Positions 7,701 through 16,814 of a DNA stretch of 23,463 nt are shown here, piece after piece (within the stretch, counting starts at the first letter, position 1; the number at the start of each line of letters is the position of its first letter). The stretch covers positions 1 to 23,463 of the forward strand of contig JBHLNS010000049.1 of NCBI GenBank assembly GCA_048941285.1. The letters run 5' to 3'. The notes under the pieces were generated by a model. It saw only the letters and a list, made by a program, of their open reading frames with translations. It searched no databases and had not been told where the DNA came from. The position numbers and the translations under genes are program-made. The stretch is from Promethearchaeota archaeon. GTDB taxonomy: Archaea > Asgardarchaeota > Lokiarchaeia > Sigyniarchaeales > SOKP01.

Positions 7701-9458
7701 TTATTGAGTTTCATATAATTCTTTAACTTCTTCTATAGTTGTAATATCTTTTGGTCCCTTTTCAGGTCGTAATCTTAAAAAAACAGGAAATCTCATAGAA
7801 TATCCAAGTGTAGCAAATTTATCACTAATAGTTATCTCATCTCCCGTTATTTCCATTACAACCTCAGGTTTTAACCATACATCGGGTTTATCTTCACAAA
7901 TGACAATTTTTGGTTTTTTTTCTACAATATATTGTTCCATATCTTTTGTTAAAGACTCAGATAGTTCATCAGTTAATCCTGAAAAGAATCGCGTAAAAGC
8001 TACAAAAAGATCCTTGTCAGGATCATATACCGCGCCCACATATGTTCCATAGACTCCTGTTCTTCGGCCTTTTCCATAAAAAGCGCCAACTAGAACTACA
8101 TCTATAGTGTCTTTCAATTTTCCACCTTCCAGACTTTTTAATTTAAGCCAATTGTAGCCCCGATTTCCAGCTTGATAAATTGAGTCCTGTTTAATCGATT
8201 TTGCCATTATTCCTTCAGTTCCTTCTTTTCTAGCTTTATTAAAGAATTCGAGTAGTTCATCAATGGAGTTGATCAAGACAGATTTAACTAGCTTTAATTC
8301 ATCTCTTTCCTCAACAATTTCTTCTAATTTTTTCCTTCTTTCTGGAAGAGATTTGTCAACATATGATTCATTCCCAAATTTTAAGAGATCAAATACAAAC
8401 AGACATACTGGAACTTCCTTAGTAATGTTTTCAACATCGTGTTTTCGTCTCCTCTGACTTAAAACTTGAAAAGGTAGCATTTTTTCGTAAACTGCATCCA
8501 TTGCCACAACTTCACCTTCAAATATTACATTTTCGGTTTTAATGTTCTCTCTTATAACTTGACAAACATCAGGATACTGATCAGAGACATCCAAAAGACG
8601 TCTTGAAAATAGGATAACATTATTATCGTTTTTATGAATTTGAAGCCTTTCTCCATCCAATTTATATTCCGCAATAAAGGGAGCACCTAACCTATTTATG
8701 AAATCGGTATATACTTCTCGTGAAGCAAGCATACTGAGAATAGGCGTACCATAATCAATATCAATTTTATTTACTTCTTCTAACCCTTTTTCTGCTATTA
8801 TTTTTGCTATATGACCTAAATCTGGATATAAGGTATAAGCTCTTTCAATATAACTTTTATTATCCTTTAAACCCGTGAAAGCAAGAGCTAAACCTTCTAT
8901 TATTGTTGGTGATTGAACTCCTATTCTCAATGTTGAAGTAATAATTCGCAATAAATATTTCGTTTCTAAAGGAGAACTTCTTCTCATCAGTCCCCTTAAT
9001 ATTCCAAGTTTTGTATCGTGGGAACCAGCACCTTCTGTTAATGCAATTTTTTTTAATTCAGAATATAATTCAGAAATTTTTAAAGAAGTCCCAGAATTTT
9101 CATCATTTTCTTTATAATCAAATAATGATTTTTGTTTCCTCTTTTTAGATAAAATTAACTCAGCAGCAGCCCCTATATCTCCTTTTTTTACTAGAACCTC
9201 CTTTATCCTGGCCGCATTGACTCCAGAGTGTATAGATAATGCTTCAATTATCATTTTCTCAGCTATTCCCATTTTTGGGAATTGTTTAATGTTTGGGGTT
9301 AATTGTCCCTGCAAGAGATAAATAATTTTATCTAAATCTTCAAAATCTTTACTTTCTTTTATTGTTAAAAAAAAATTAGACAAAATATCAATCATTTCAA
9401 GTCTTTTTGTGGTACTTTCAAGCTTAGAAAATAATTCTGATAACTTATTGAACCTCAT
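7701..9458 (-). CDS. lig: ATP-dependent DNA ligase (archaeal type)
   Basis: Motif I EYKLDGERLQIH, III FEGEVV, IIIa FVFDLL, IV EGIMAK, V WLKLK and VI SMRFPVFLRLR, plus the N-terminal DNA-binding domain. Confidence 0.97.
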   Translation of the reverse strand: MRFNKLSELFSKLESTTKRLEMIDILSNFFLTIKESKDFEDLDKIIYLLQGQLTPNIKQFPKMGIAEKMIIEALSIHSGVNAARIKEVLVKKGDIGAAAELILSKKRKQKSLFDYKENDENSGTSLKISELYSELKKIALTEGAGSHDTKLGILRGLMRRSSPLETKYLLRIITSTLRIGVQSPTIIEGLALAFTGLKDNKSYIERAYTLYPDLGHIAKIIAEKGLEEVNKIDIDYGTPILSMLASREVYTDFINRLGAPFIAEYKLDGERLQIHKNDNNVILFSRRLLDVSDQYPDVCQVIRENIKTENVIFEGEVVAMDAVYEKMLPFQVLSQRRRKHDVENITKEVPVCLFVFDLLKFGNESYVDKSLPERRKKLEEIVEERDELKLVKSVLINSIDELLEFFNKARKEGTEGIMAKSIKQDSIYQAGNRGYNWLKLKSLEGGKLKDTIDVVLVGAFYGKGRRTGVYGTYVGAVYDPDKDLFVAFTRFFSGLTDELSESLTKDMEQYIVEKKPKIVICEDKPDVWLKPEVVMEITGDEITISDKFATLGYSMRFPVFLRLRPEKGPKDITTIEEVKELYETQ

Positions 9459-9522
9459 AAATCATCAATTGAATTTTATTGAATTTAAGATGTATTAATC
9501 TTTTAGAATCTTCAATAATAAT

Positions 9523-9543
9523 AAAAAAGAATATAATAAAAAA
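9523..9543 (-). terminator. Oligo-T archaeal-type terminator candidate after the gelsolin-like gene
   Basis: The minus strand reads TAA-C-TTTTTT-ATTATATTC-TTTTTT immediately after the stop codon. Confidence 0.45.
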
Positions 9544-9544
9544 G

Positions 9545-10465
9545 TTATATTAGTTTTGAGAGTTCTATAAATTTCTTTTGAATTGCTGTTTTTATCTTTG
9601 GATCGACCCCAGAGAAACTATTCGTTGTAAAATTTAGTTTACTCCCTTCTTTTATTGAGAACTGTGCAATTGGACCATCCATTTGTTCAACTGCAAAGCT
9701 TCCATCTGGTTTCTTCGAAATCCAGATATCATCATAATGTTCTAAAATTGCTGAAAAAACAAATGCTATTTTTGCGTCAGTCATTAAACTATCAGTTGAA
9801 ACATTTGCTGCGGGTGCTGGTTTTGCTTCTGTCTTAATTGTTGGCATCGGTTCTGCTAGATCATATTCAGAACCTGCCTCTTTTGTTGTGATAGGTTTAG
9901 CAGGTTTTGAAAGTGGTGCTATAACTTCTGATTTAACTGGTGTTGGGGCAGTAGGAGTTGGTTCTGGTTTTGTTGTAGCTTGTGTTTCTCTTTTTGGTAT
10001 TGGCTTTGGTTCTAATTTTGGCACGGGTTTTGATTCTACCTTTGGTGTTGCTTTTATTGCAGCAATAGGTTTAATTGCTCCCGCTTCAAAAGTAACAATA
10101 TAATTATCTAATTCAGTAAATTTCCTATTTAATATTTCTTGAAGCTCTTCGTTCATTTGTGTGTCTTCTGGAACTTTTCCCACTTTTCGTGCATCAATTT
10201 CTTTAATCCCTTTAATATCTCTCCCAATTATGCTTTTACCAACAACGTACCCATGCCCTTTAAGAGATTCTGCTTGCCTAAGAGCAGTTCTCCGAGCTAC
10301 TAATCCTTGTTTAACACCATGCCATAGAAACAAATTTTCACTACCTTCATCTAAAACTATAATCGAAGTTTCTGGCATAAAACTGTCTTTACTCCATTTA
10401 ATTGGGACAATTTCCCCTCCTGGACGAGCATCGAACATTAATGCATATGAAGCGATCTTGATCAC
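9545..10465 (-). CDS. Gelsolin-like domain protein with Pro/Lys/Thr-rich linker and uncharacterised C-terminal domain
   Basis: SIIVLDEGSENLFLWHG...VARRTALRQAESL matches the gelsolin-repeat pattern (hhLD.G..hahW.G.......A...A..L). Residues ~130-222 are low-complexity (PKVESKPVPKLEPKPIPK, PEPTPTAPTP). Start codon is uncertain (GTG 10465). Confidence 0.72.
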   Translation of the reverse strand: MIKIASYALMFDARPGGEIVPIKWSKDSFMPETSIIVLDEGSENLFLWHGVKQGLVARRTALRQAESLKGHGYVVGKSIIGRDIKGIKEIDARKVGKVPEDTQMNEELQEILNRKFTELDNYIVTFEAGAIKPIAAIKATPKVESKPVPKLEPKPIPKRETQATTKPEPTPTAPTPVKSEVIAPLSKPAKPITTKEAGSEYDLAEPMPTIKTEAKPAPAANVSTDSLMTDAKIAFVFSAILEHYDDIWISKKPDGSFAVEQMDGPIAQFSIKEGSKLNFTTNSFSGVDPKIKTAIQKKFIELSKLI

Positions 10466-10698
10466 CTATAAAATTAATTTAATCATAACTTTGTAATATA
10501 ATTAAAATAGTGTTAATAAATTTAAAAATTGAGTTTTCGTAGTTTTTTGAATTAAAAATTTCTAACAAATAAAAAATGTAAAAATTGAGGAATTAAAAGA
10601 TAAATAATAAATTTAATTGCGTAAATATTTAAATTATTAATTGCATAAGAAATTCATTAAAATAATCATATCTCATAAATTTACAAAAGGGTACACGA

Positions 10699-11784
10699 AT
10701 GGAATTAAATAAATTGATAAGAGAAAATTTAAGGAAATTTTCTGCTTATGAACCTTTTGAAATACCTATAGAAGGTGACTGGGTTAAACTAAACACAAAT
10801 GAAAATCCTTTTCCTCCAATCCCTGAAGTGTTAAATGATTTAAAGATTGCAATAAATGAAAACTTACAACTTTATCCTGATCCAACTTCTTTTGAGTTGC
10901 GAAAAGAAATCTTAAATGTCTTATTGCGAGATAAGGACACATTAACTAATCGAAATTCAATATTTATTGGAAATGGTTCAGATGAGATACTAGATGTCAT
11001 TTTTAAGGTCTTTATTGACCCAGGAGATGAAATAGTATTATTTTACCCAACTTATGGACTATTTAAAGTATTAGCAACCCTGTATAATGCTAAAGTTAAT
11101 GAAATTCAACTGAATGAAGATTTTTCAATTCCAGATAAAGCCTTTTCGGCTAAAGGAAAACTAATGTTCATCAATTCTCCAAATGACCCAAACGGTAAAT
11201 CTATTGGTAATGCCATAATTTTAAAGTTATGTGGAAACTTTCCTGGTATTGTTGTTGTTGATGAAGCATATGCAGAATTCGCCTCTCAAACCTGTTTACC
11301 ATTATTAAAAAAAGTACAGAATTTAATCGTATGCCGATCTTTTTCAAAAGGTTTCTCTCTTGCTTCTTTAAGGATTGGGTATGCTTTAGCAGAAGCTGAA
11401 ATTATCAAAGAAATGAATAACGTTAAATTACCATTTAACACTAATTATCTTGCTCAAATAGCTGCTTTATCATCCATAAGACATCATGAAAAGATCCAGC
11501 AGCATAACAAGAAGATATTAGAAGAGAGAAAGAGAATTTCTGAAGAATTAAGTAACTATAAGGGTATTACAGTATTGCCTTCTGATTCTAATTTTATATT
11601 TGTAAAATTTGAAGATAAATCCAAAACATTAAAATTTGTATGGGATCTAAAGGAGGTAAAGATCTTAGTGCGCCACTTTAGTAAACCAGGGCTCTATAAT
11701 TACATAAGAGTTACTATTGGAGCAAAGGAAGATAATAACAAATTTTTAAATGCATTTAGAACAATAGCAAATAAATATTTATAA
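10699..11784 (+). CDS. hisC: Histidinol-phosphate aminotransferase (PLP class II)
   Basis: KLNTNENPF, YPDP, GNGSDEIL, SPNDPNG, VVDEAYAEF, RSFSKGFSLASLRIGY (PLP lysine) and YIRVTIG. Confidence 0.9.
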   Translation: MELNKLIRENLRKFSAYEPFEIPIEGDWVKLNTNENPFPPIPEVLNDLKIAINENLQLYPDPTSFELRKEILNVLLRDKDTLTNRNSIFIGNGSDEILDVIFKVFIDPGDEIVLFYPTYGLFKVLATLYNAKVNEIQLNEDFSIPDKAFSAKGKLMFINSPNDPNGKSIGNAIILKLCGNFPGIVVVDEAYAEFASQTCLPLLKKVQNLIVCRSFSKGFSLASLRIGYALAEAEIIKEMNNVKLPFNTNYLAQIAALSSIRHHEKIQQHNKKILEERKRISEELSNYKGITVLPSDSNFIFVKFEDKSKTLKFVWDLKEVKILVRHFSKPGLYNYIRVTIGAKEDNNKFLNAFRTIANKYL

Positions 11785-11821
11785 TTTCTTTAAATTATTA
11801 TAATTTTAAAAGTTAGCTAAG

Positions 11822-13015
11822 TTGATAAAAATTTCTAATACCTTTTTCCCTTCAAAGAAAGCGCAAAATGATGTAAAATGTCCATATTGTGGATATGTGA
11901 TATCAAAACCTTTTCCGAAGGACAGTTTATGCCCTAAATGTCAGAAATTTTTAGCAAATCTATTTGATTTAACAACTGGTAAGGATGAAAAACCCCAACC
12001 AAAAGAATTTAAGACAAAAACAAGTACTTTGTCTTCAAAATTGGGTACAAAAGCATCAGTTAAGGAACAGCCTTTAATTATCAATTTAGACAGCGATAAA
12101 ATCAAATTGAAGAAAGGAGAATACGTTAAATTGATGGGAATTACATCAATTGAAAGGACACAACTCTACTGTAGTAACAATAATTATAATTATTTATTAG
12201 AATTAACAAATAATCTTGATTTTATAGCTACAGGTATTTTAGATGGAGATCTTGACAAAATGCTTCTTATTTCAGAAAAAAAGGGAAAAAAAGAGAAATG
12301 TCAATTTTATGAAAAAAATGATATCATTTATCTTGTTTATGGAAGATTTCCTGATAAGAAAGGTAAATGGATTCTTAAACAAATGTCAAATCATTTTTCT
12401 GAATTACTACAAGGTAAGGATCCAGACACATTAGATAAATTTGAGAAATATCAAATTGGCATGGAATTTAAAAGACGAACCAAGTTTATATTACAACAAT
12501 ATGTTAAATTGCAAGAGATATTTACAGACCAAGAAATTCCATATGTGGAAGATTCCATAAGAATTGATTATCTTGGACTATCTTCTATGTCCATTGGAGT
12601 GATTTCACTTCTTCTAGGGGAAGAAAACTTAAAGTTTGATACATTAAGCAAATTCGAAGATCCAGATGAAGAAAAAGAAATGAAAGAATCAATGCTTACT
12701 GCAAAAATCGAAGCTATTGCTGCTAATACTCAAGGGAATACGGGTGCTACACCGCGATGGATTGCTGTAAAATTAGGCTTTCAAAAATATCGATTTTTGA
12801 CATTCAAGAAATATCAAAATGATTACTTTCTTTCAATGCTCTCAGAGGGAAATTTAGAAAAACTAAATCAAGTAGAAAAATTATTAAGCCCAAAAATAAG
12901 TGAGATAACATCAAATATATTTACAGGAAATTTAAAACCATTTAATGAGCTGAAAGTTGAATTAGTACAGAAATTCAATCATAGACGAAAATTTCCTCCA
13001 TTTGAATTCAATTAG
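11822..13015 (+). CDS. Zn-ribbon (CPYC...CPKC) protein with two predicted longin-like domains
   Basis: Long ORF with a C4 zinc motif at 11879-11941. Two ~130-aa segments show a beta-beta-alpha-beta-beta-beta-alpha-alpha hydrophobic pattern. The fold call is inference and the TTG start is uncertain. Confidence 0.6.
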   Translation: MIKISNTFFPSKKAQNDVKCPYCGYVISKPFPKDSLCPKCQKFLANLFDLTTGKDEKPQPKEFKTKTSTLSSKLGTKASVKEQPLIINLDSDKIKLKKGEYVKLMGITSIERTQLYCSNNNYNYLLELTNNLDFIATGILDGDLDKMLLISEKKGKKEKCQFYEKNDIIYLVYGRFPDKKGKWILKQMSNHFSELLQGKDPDTLDKFEKYQIGMEFKRRTKFILQQYVKLQEIFTDQEIPYVEDSIRIDYLGLSSMSIGVISLLLGEENLKFDTLSKFEDPDEEKEMKESMLTAKIEAIAANTQGNTGATPRWIAVKLGFQKYRFLTFKKYQNDYFLSMLSEGNLEKLNQVEKLLSPKISEITSNIFTGNLKPFNELKVELVQKFNHRRKFPPFEFN

Positions 13016-13157
13016 CATTGTTTTTTTAGATGACTTCTAAGTATATAACGCGTATAAATTATTAAGCAATTAAAGATCCAAAGAGATATTTTTTTTTTAA
13101 TATATGGGTTATTGATTATTATATCAGAAATTAATTATGAATTTAAAGGGATAATTC

Positions 13158-15641
13158 ATGATTGAGATAGTTAATGAGGATAAGGACATTTTTGAAATTT
13201 CTAATGGCATAATTGGATTAAAGTTTTATAAAACTGGAGATAATAAAGGGAGATTTACAATTAAATTCACACAAAAAAATATTAAAAAAGGTTTAATTAA
13301 AGATTGTTATTCTGCTATAAACCTTTTTACTTCGAATAATGAAAGTTTAATGGAGATTCCTTCTTATAATTATACTTTTAAACATCAAACAGAAAAAATT
13401 AATAATTCTATAGGGAGTGGGTTCAAGGTTATTTTTGAGGCAATTAATAACAGCAATTTTAGTATTTCTTTTAATATTCAATTTATAATTTATGAAAGTA
13501 AGGATTTTATCTTAGTTAAAATAATAGATATAAATGATAATAGCCAAAATCAATTAAATGTGCATAGTATATCTCCTTTAACAATAAAAAATGGTAATTT
13601 ATGGTTATCTGGAGATAATAGCCCAACAGATTTAGAAGGTATCTCTTGGTTTAAACATGGTTGGCAAAGTTGGAGCCCATGCAAATTAATTAAAGGTAAT
13701 GAGATGGATGATGAAGGGCCTAAAATTGATGTTTTTAAACGCACATTTGATAATCAAGATTATAAAATAAAAGGAAGATTTTACAGTGAATACTGTACAG
13801 TAATAACAGACATCGGGTCAATGAATTCACTAATTTTAGGTTTTACTACTCTTCATACCCAATTCACCCGAATTATCTTAGATTATGAGAAAGAAAAAGC
13901 CCTAAAATTATTAACCGCTTTTGGATGTATGGATGGGATTCAATTTCAATATTCCGATATTAACTTTTCAGAGGAATTATTTATTTGCTTTAAAACTGAA
14001 AATCTGGGTTATTATGGTTTGGTTGACTATGCAAAATTAGTTAAAAACAATAATAAGGTTAAGATAAACAAGACCATTCCAATTGGATGGTGTAGCTGGT
14101 ATTATTACTTTACTAATATTACAGAGGAAGATATGTTTAAAAATTTAGAATTTTTTGAAAAAAATACAGGATTCCCAATTGATTTTATACAATTAGACGA
14201 TGGATATTTCACATATATAGGTGATTTCACTAACATTAATTCAAAGTTTTCAAAAGGTTTGAAATCATTATTTACAAAAATAAGTAATGCAGGATTTAAA
14301 AGTGGAATTTGGACAGCACCATTTTTTGCTGAAAAAAGAGCTTTTTTATTTAAACATCATCGTGATTGGTTTTTAAAGGATAAACAGTCAGAAAAATTGT
14401 TAAAAGTTCATTATGGGCCAAGTTGGAATACTTATTTGTATGGATTAGATTTGTCGAATATAGAAGTTTTAAACCATTTGCATAAATTTTATAGCAATTT
14501 ATTATATCTTAATGAATTCAATAAAGAAAATAATCATTTTAAAATAGATTTCTTTAAAATAGATTTCCTGCATGCTGCTGTTCCTATTGAAGGTAAATTT
14601 TCCAATAAAAATCTTACAAGAGCACAAATTTTATATAACGGAGTTAAAGCGATAAGAGATGCGATAACAAATCAAAGTTATTTGTTAGGATGCGGAGCGC
14701 CTTTAGGTCCATGTGTTGGTTTAGTAGATGCCATGCGTATTGGAGAAGATACTGATCCCAGATGGGAAGAAACTAATAAACAACTTATAGATTCAGGTAT
14801 TAATACTCCATCATTAAGAGTCTCATTAATAAATATAATTTATAGATCTTTTATGCATAACAATTTCTGGATAAATGATCCTGATTGTTTGATGATTAGA
14901 CGAACCAATACAGAATTAAATCTTGATGAAATTAAGCTGCAACTTACAATATTGGGTTTGTCAGGAGGCCAGATTTTAATATCTGATGATATGACAAAGC
15001 TATCTGAAGAAGAAATTAATGAGGCAAAACTTCTTATCCCTCCTTATAATCCAAAAGGTTATGATCCTATCGTAGTTGATGCCTTTATTTCAGAATTGCC
15101 GACAATTTATATGATAGAAACTCATGAAATTATAGGAGAAAGATTTTTGGCAGCCCTCATTAATTGGGATGATAAAGTCTCCCCGAAAAAGATAAGGGTT
15201 TCAAAAATAATCCCAACTATATCTGATGTGAAGATAAATTTTTATATCTATGATTTCTGGAATGAAAACTATCTAGGAGAATTTAAAATTAACGATATTT
15301 TAAACCTGAGAAAAATCAAGCCACATTCTTGTATTTATTTAAATATTATTCCTGTTATTAAAAAATTGGAAGAAACTCCGATCCTTTTATCTTCAAATTT
15401 ACATATATCTCAAGGGAGTTGTGAAGTTAAGAAATTTGATTTTAACAGTGAATTAAATCAACTCACAATTAATTTAGAATTAAGAGGAAAAAGAAATGGT
15501 TTTTTGATTTTGAAACTTCCACAGAATCGAAAAATAATAAAATCTAACTCCAGATATATCAAAATTGACTCAAAAAACAACTTATGGAAAGTTTTTGTAG
15601 AATTTAAAGATCGTTTTGTTCTAATAATTAATATCGATTAA
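13158..15641 (+). CDS. Glycoside hydrolase family 36 (alpha-galactosidase-like)
   Basis: HGWQSWS, GWCSWYYY, FIQLDDGY, GIWTAPF, FFKIDFL (nucleophile Asp), LGCGAPL, MRIGEDT (acid/base Asp) and WINDPDC. No signal peptide. Confidence 0.9.
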   Translation: MIEIVNEDKDIFEISNGIIGLKFYKTGDNKGRFTIKFTQKNIKKGLIKDCYSAINLFTSNNESLMEIPSYNYTFKHQTEKINNSIGSGFKVIFEAINNSNFSISFNIQFIIYESKDFILVKIIDINDNSQNQLNVHSISPLTIKNGNLWLSGDNSPTDLEGISWFKHGWQSWSPCKLIKGNEMDDEGPKIDVFKRTFDNQDYKIKGRFYSEYCTVITDIGSMNSLILGFTTLHTQFTRIILDYEKEKALKLLTAFGCMDGIQFQYSDINFSEELFICFKTENLGYYGLVDYAKLVKNNNKVKINKTIPIGWCSWYYYFTNITEEDMFKNLEFFEKNTGFPIDFIQLDDGYFTYIGDFTNINSKFSKGLKSLFTKISNAGFKSGIWTAPFFAEKRAFLFKHHRDWFLKDKQSEKLLKVHYGPSWNTYLYGLDLSNIEVLNHLHKFYSNLLYLNEFNKENNHFKIDFFKIDFLHAAVPIEGKFSNKNLTRAQILYNGVKAIRDAITNQSYLLGCGAPLGPCVGLVDAMRIGEDTDPRWEETNKQLIDSGINTPSLRVSLINIIYRSFMHNNFWINDPDCLMIRRTNTELNLDEIKLQLTILGLSGGQILISDDMTKLSEEEINEAKLLIPPYNPKGYDPIVVDAFISELPTIYMIETHEIIGERFLAALINWDDKVSPKKIRVSKIIPTISDVKINFYIYDFWNENYLGEFKINDILNLRKIKPHSCIYLNIIPVIKKLEETPILLSSNLHISQGSCEVKKFDFNSELNQLTINLELRGKRNGFLILKLPQNRKIIKSNSRYIKIDSKNNLWKVFVEFKDRFVLIINID

Positions 15642-15664
15642 CATAAAATGAACATCAAAAAATC

Positions 15665-15701
15665 AAAATTAAGCTGAAGATATCGGCTCTTCAGCAATTT
15701 T
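15665..15701 (+). terminator. Stem-loop downstream of the GH36 gene
   Basis: GCTGAAGA (15673-15680), a 7-nt loop, then TCTTCAGC (15688-15695). Extendable by AAAATT/AATTTT. The 8-bp stem starts about 30 nt after the stop codon. Confidence 0.6.
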
Positions 15702-15833
15702 AATTAAAATTATTATTTTTAATATTCTTAACATTTTAATACCTCGAGGAAAATTTTATGAAAATATTAAAGTTTATTATATTTATACTCGATATATTTT
15801 GATTCATTTTAATTAATTTTACTATGAAAAATA

Positions 15834-16799
15834 ATGAGTTTAACTCCTGATGAGATATATGAAGATCTTAGGAAGAGTAAAATAAATAAAAATACTGCTT
15901 ATGATTTATTAACTTCTTTAATTGAAATTAGTGAAAATGAAAATATACGCTTAAACGCTATTACAAATTTAGAAAAAATCGAGATAATTAGTGATGAGCT
16001 ATTCAGTTTTTTAGAAAATTTACTTATTTCTGATTCAAATAGTAAGATTAGAAAAGCTGCAACTAAATTTTTAAAACATAAATTCCTTAAAAAAGCAATA
16101 AATCCATTAAAATGGGCTATGCAAAATGAAACAGATTTTGAATGCTTGGTCACAATCGTTCAATCATTAGAAAAAATTAATACAGATCAATCAAAGTCGA
16201 TTTTAATCAACGAACTCAAAAAAATATTAACAACTAAATATCTCAATAAAGAAAAAAGAATTAAAAACAAGAAATTTAAAAAAATAATTAAGAAATTTAT
16301 AAAAACGAAGAAAGTAACAGAATTTACCCACACAGAATTAGCAGAAATCTTAATTAATTATTTATCAGTCAATCATCTAATAGATCAGTTTCCTAATGTA
16401 TATTATGAAATAAACCCACAAAATGGATTAATTGAAGAACTAGATTTATCAGATTATCTAGAATATGAAGTTAAAGGTACTCCTTTTGGATGGAAAAATA
16501 ACATTCAATCAATTTCCGAAATTAGAGGTTTAAAATATTTAAAATACTTGAAAAAAATTGATCTTTCAAATAATAATATTGAAAATGTTAAGCAATTACC
16601 CAATTTAAAAGACTTAACGCATTTAATTTTAACTAATAATAATATCAGTGAAATTGAAAATTTAAACTATATTAAGAGCTTGCCACATCTTGAATACCTA
16701 GATCTAAGGGGCAATGAACTTGGAAAGAAAATTAGTATTAAAGAATTTGATCCTAAAATAAAGGTTCTTTTAAAAGAGTCGTATTTAAAAATAAAATAA
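15834..16799 (+). CDS. HEAT-like repeat plus short LRR protein (paralogue of 6190..7692)
   Basis: First ~130 aa are colinear with 6190..7692 (LTP..IY, ENLLISDS, P.KWA). Three clear LRRs: LKKIDLSNNNI, LTHLILTNNNI and LEYLDLRGNEL. Confidence 0.85.
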   Translation: MSLTPDEIYEDLRKSKINKNTAYDLLTSLIEISENENIRLNAITNLEKIEIISDELFSFLENLLISDSNSKIRKAATKFLKHKFLKKAINPLKWAMQNETDFECLVTIVQSLEKINTDQSKSILINELKKILTTKYLNKEKRIKNKKFKKIIKKFIKTKKVTEFTHTELAEILINYLSVNHLIDQFPNVYYEINPQNGLIEELDLSDYLEYEVKGTPFGWKNNIQSISEIRGLKYLKYLKKIDLSNNNIENVKQLPNLKDLTHLILTNNNISEIENLNYIKSLPHLEYLDLRGNELGKKISIKEFDPKIKVLLKESYLKIK

Positions 16800-16814
16800 A
16801 AATAAATAGTTAAT

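Noticed and set aside
9655-10496. Plus-strand ORFs, including a Gly/Val/Phe-rich 71-aa membrane-like peptide
   Set aside because: They are antisense to the gelsolin-like gene. The hydrophobic composition mirrors the Pro/Lys/Thr codons of the linker.
10466-10698. ncRNA or origin in the very AT-rich divergent intergenic region (also 23223-23463)
   Set aside because: There is no GC-rich structure, no ORB-like repeat and no cdc6/orc1 neighbour. Both regions are consistent with ordinary promoter DNA.
15673-15695. Hairpin as a possible SECIS element
   Set aside because: No flanking gene has an in-frame TGA or looks like a selenoprotein, and the stem is short and perfectly paired.
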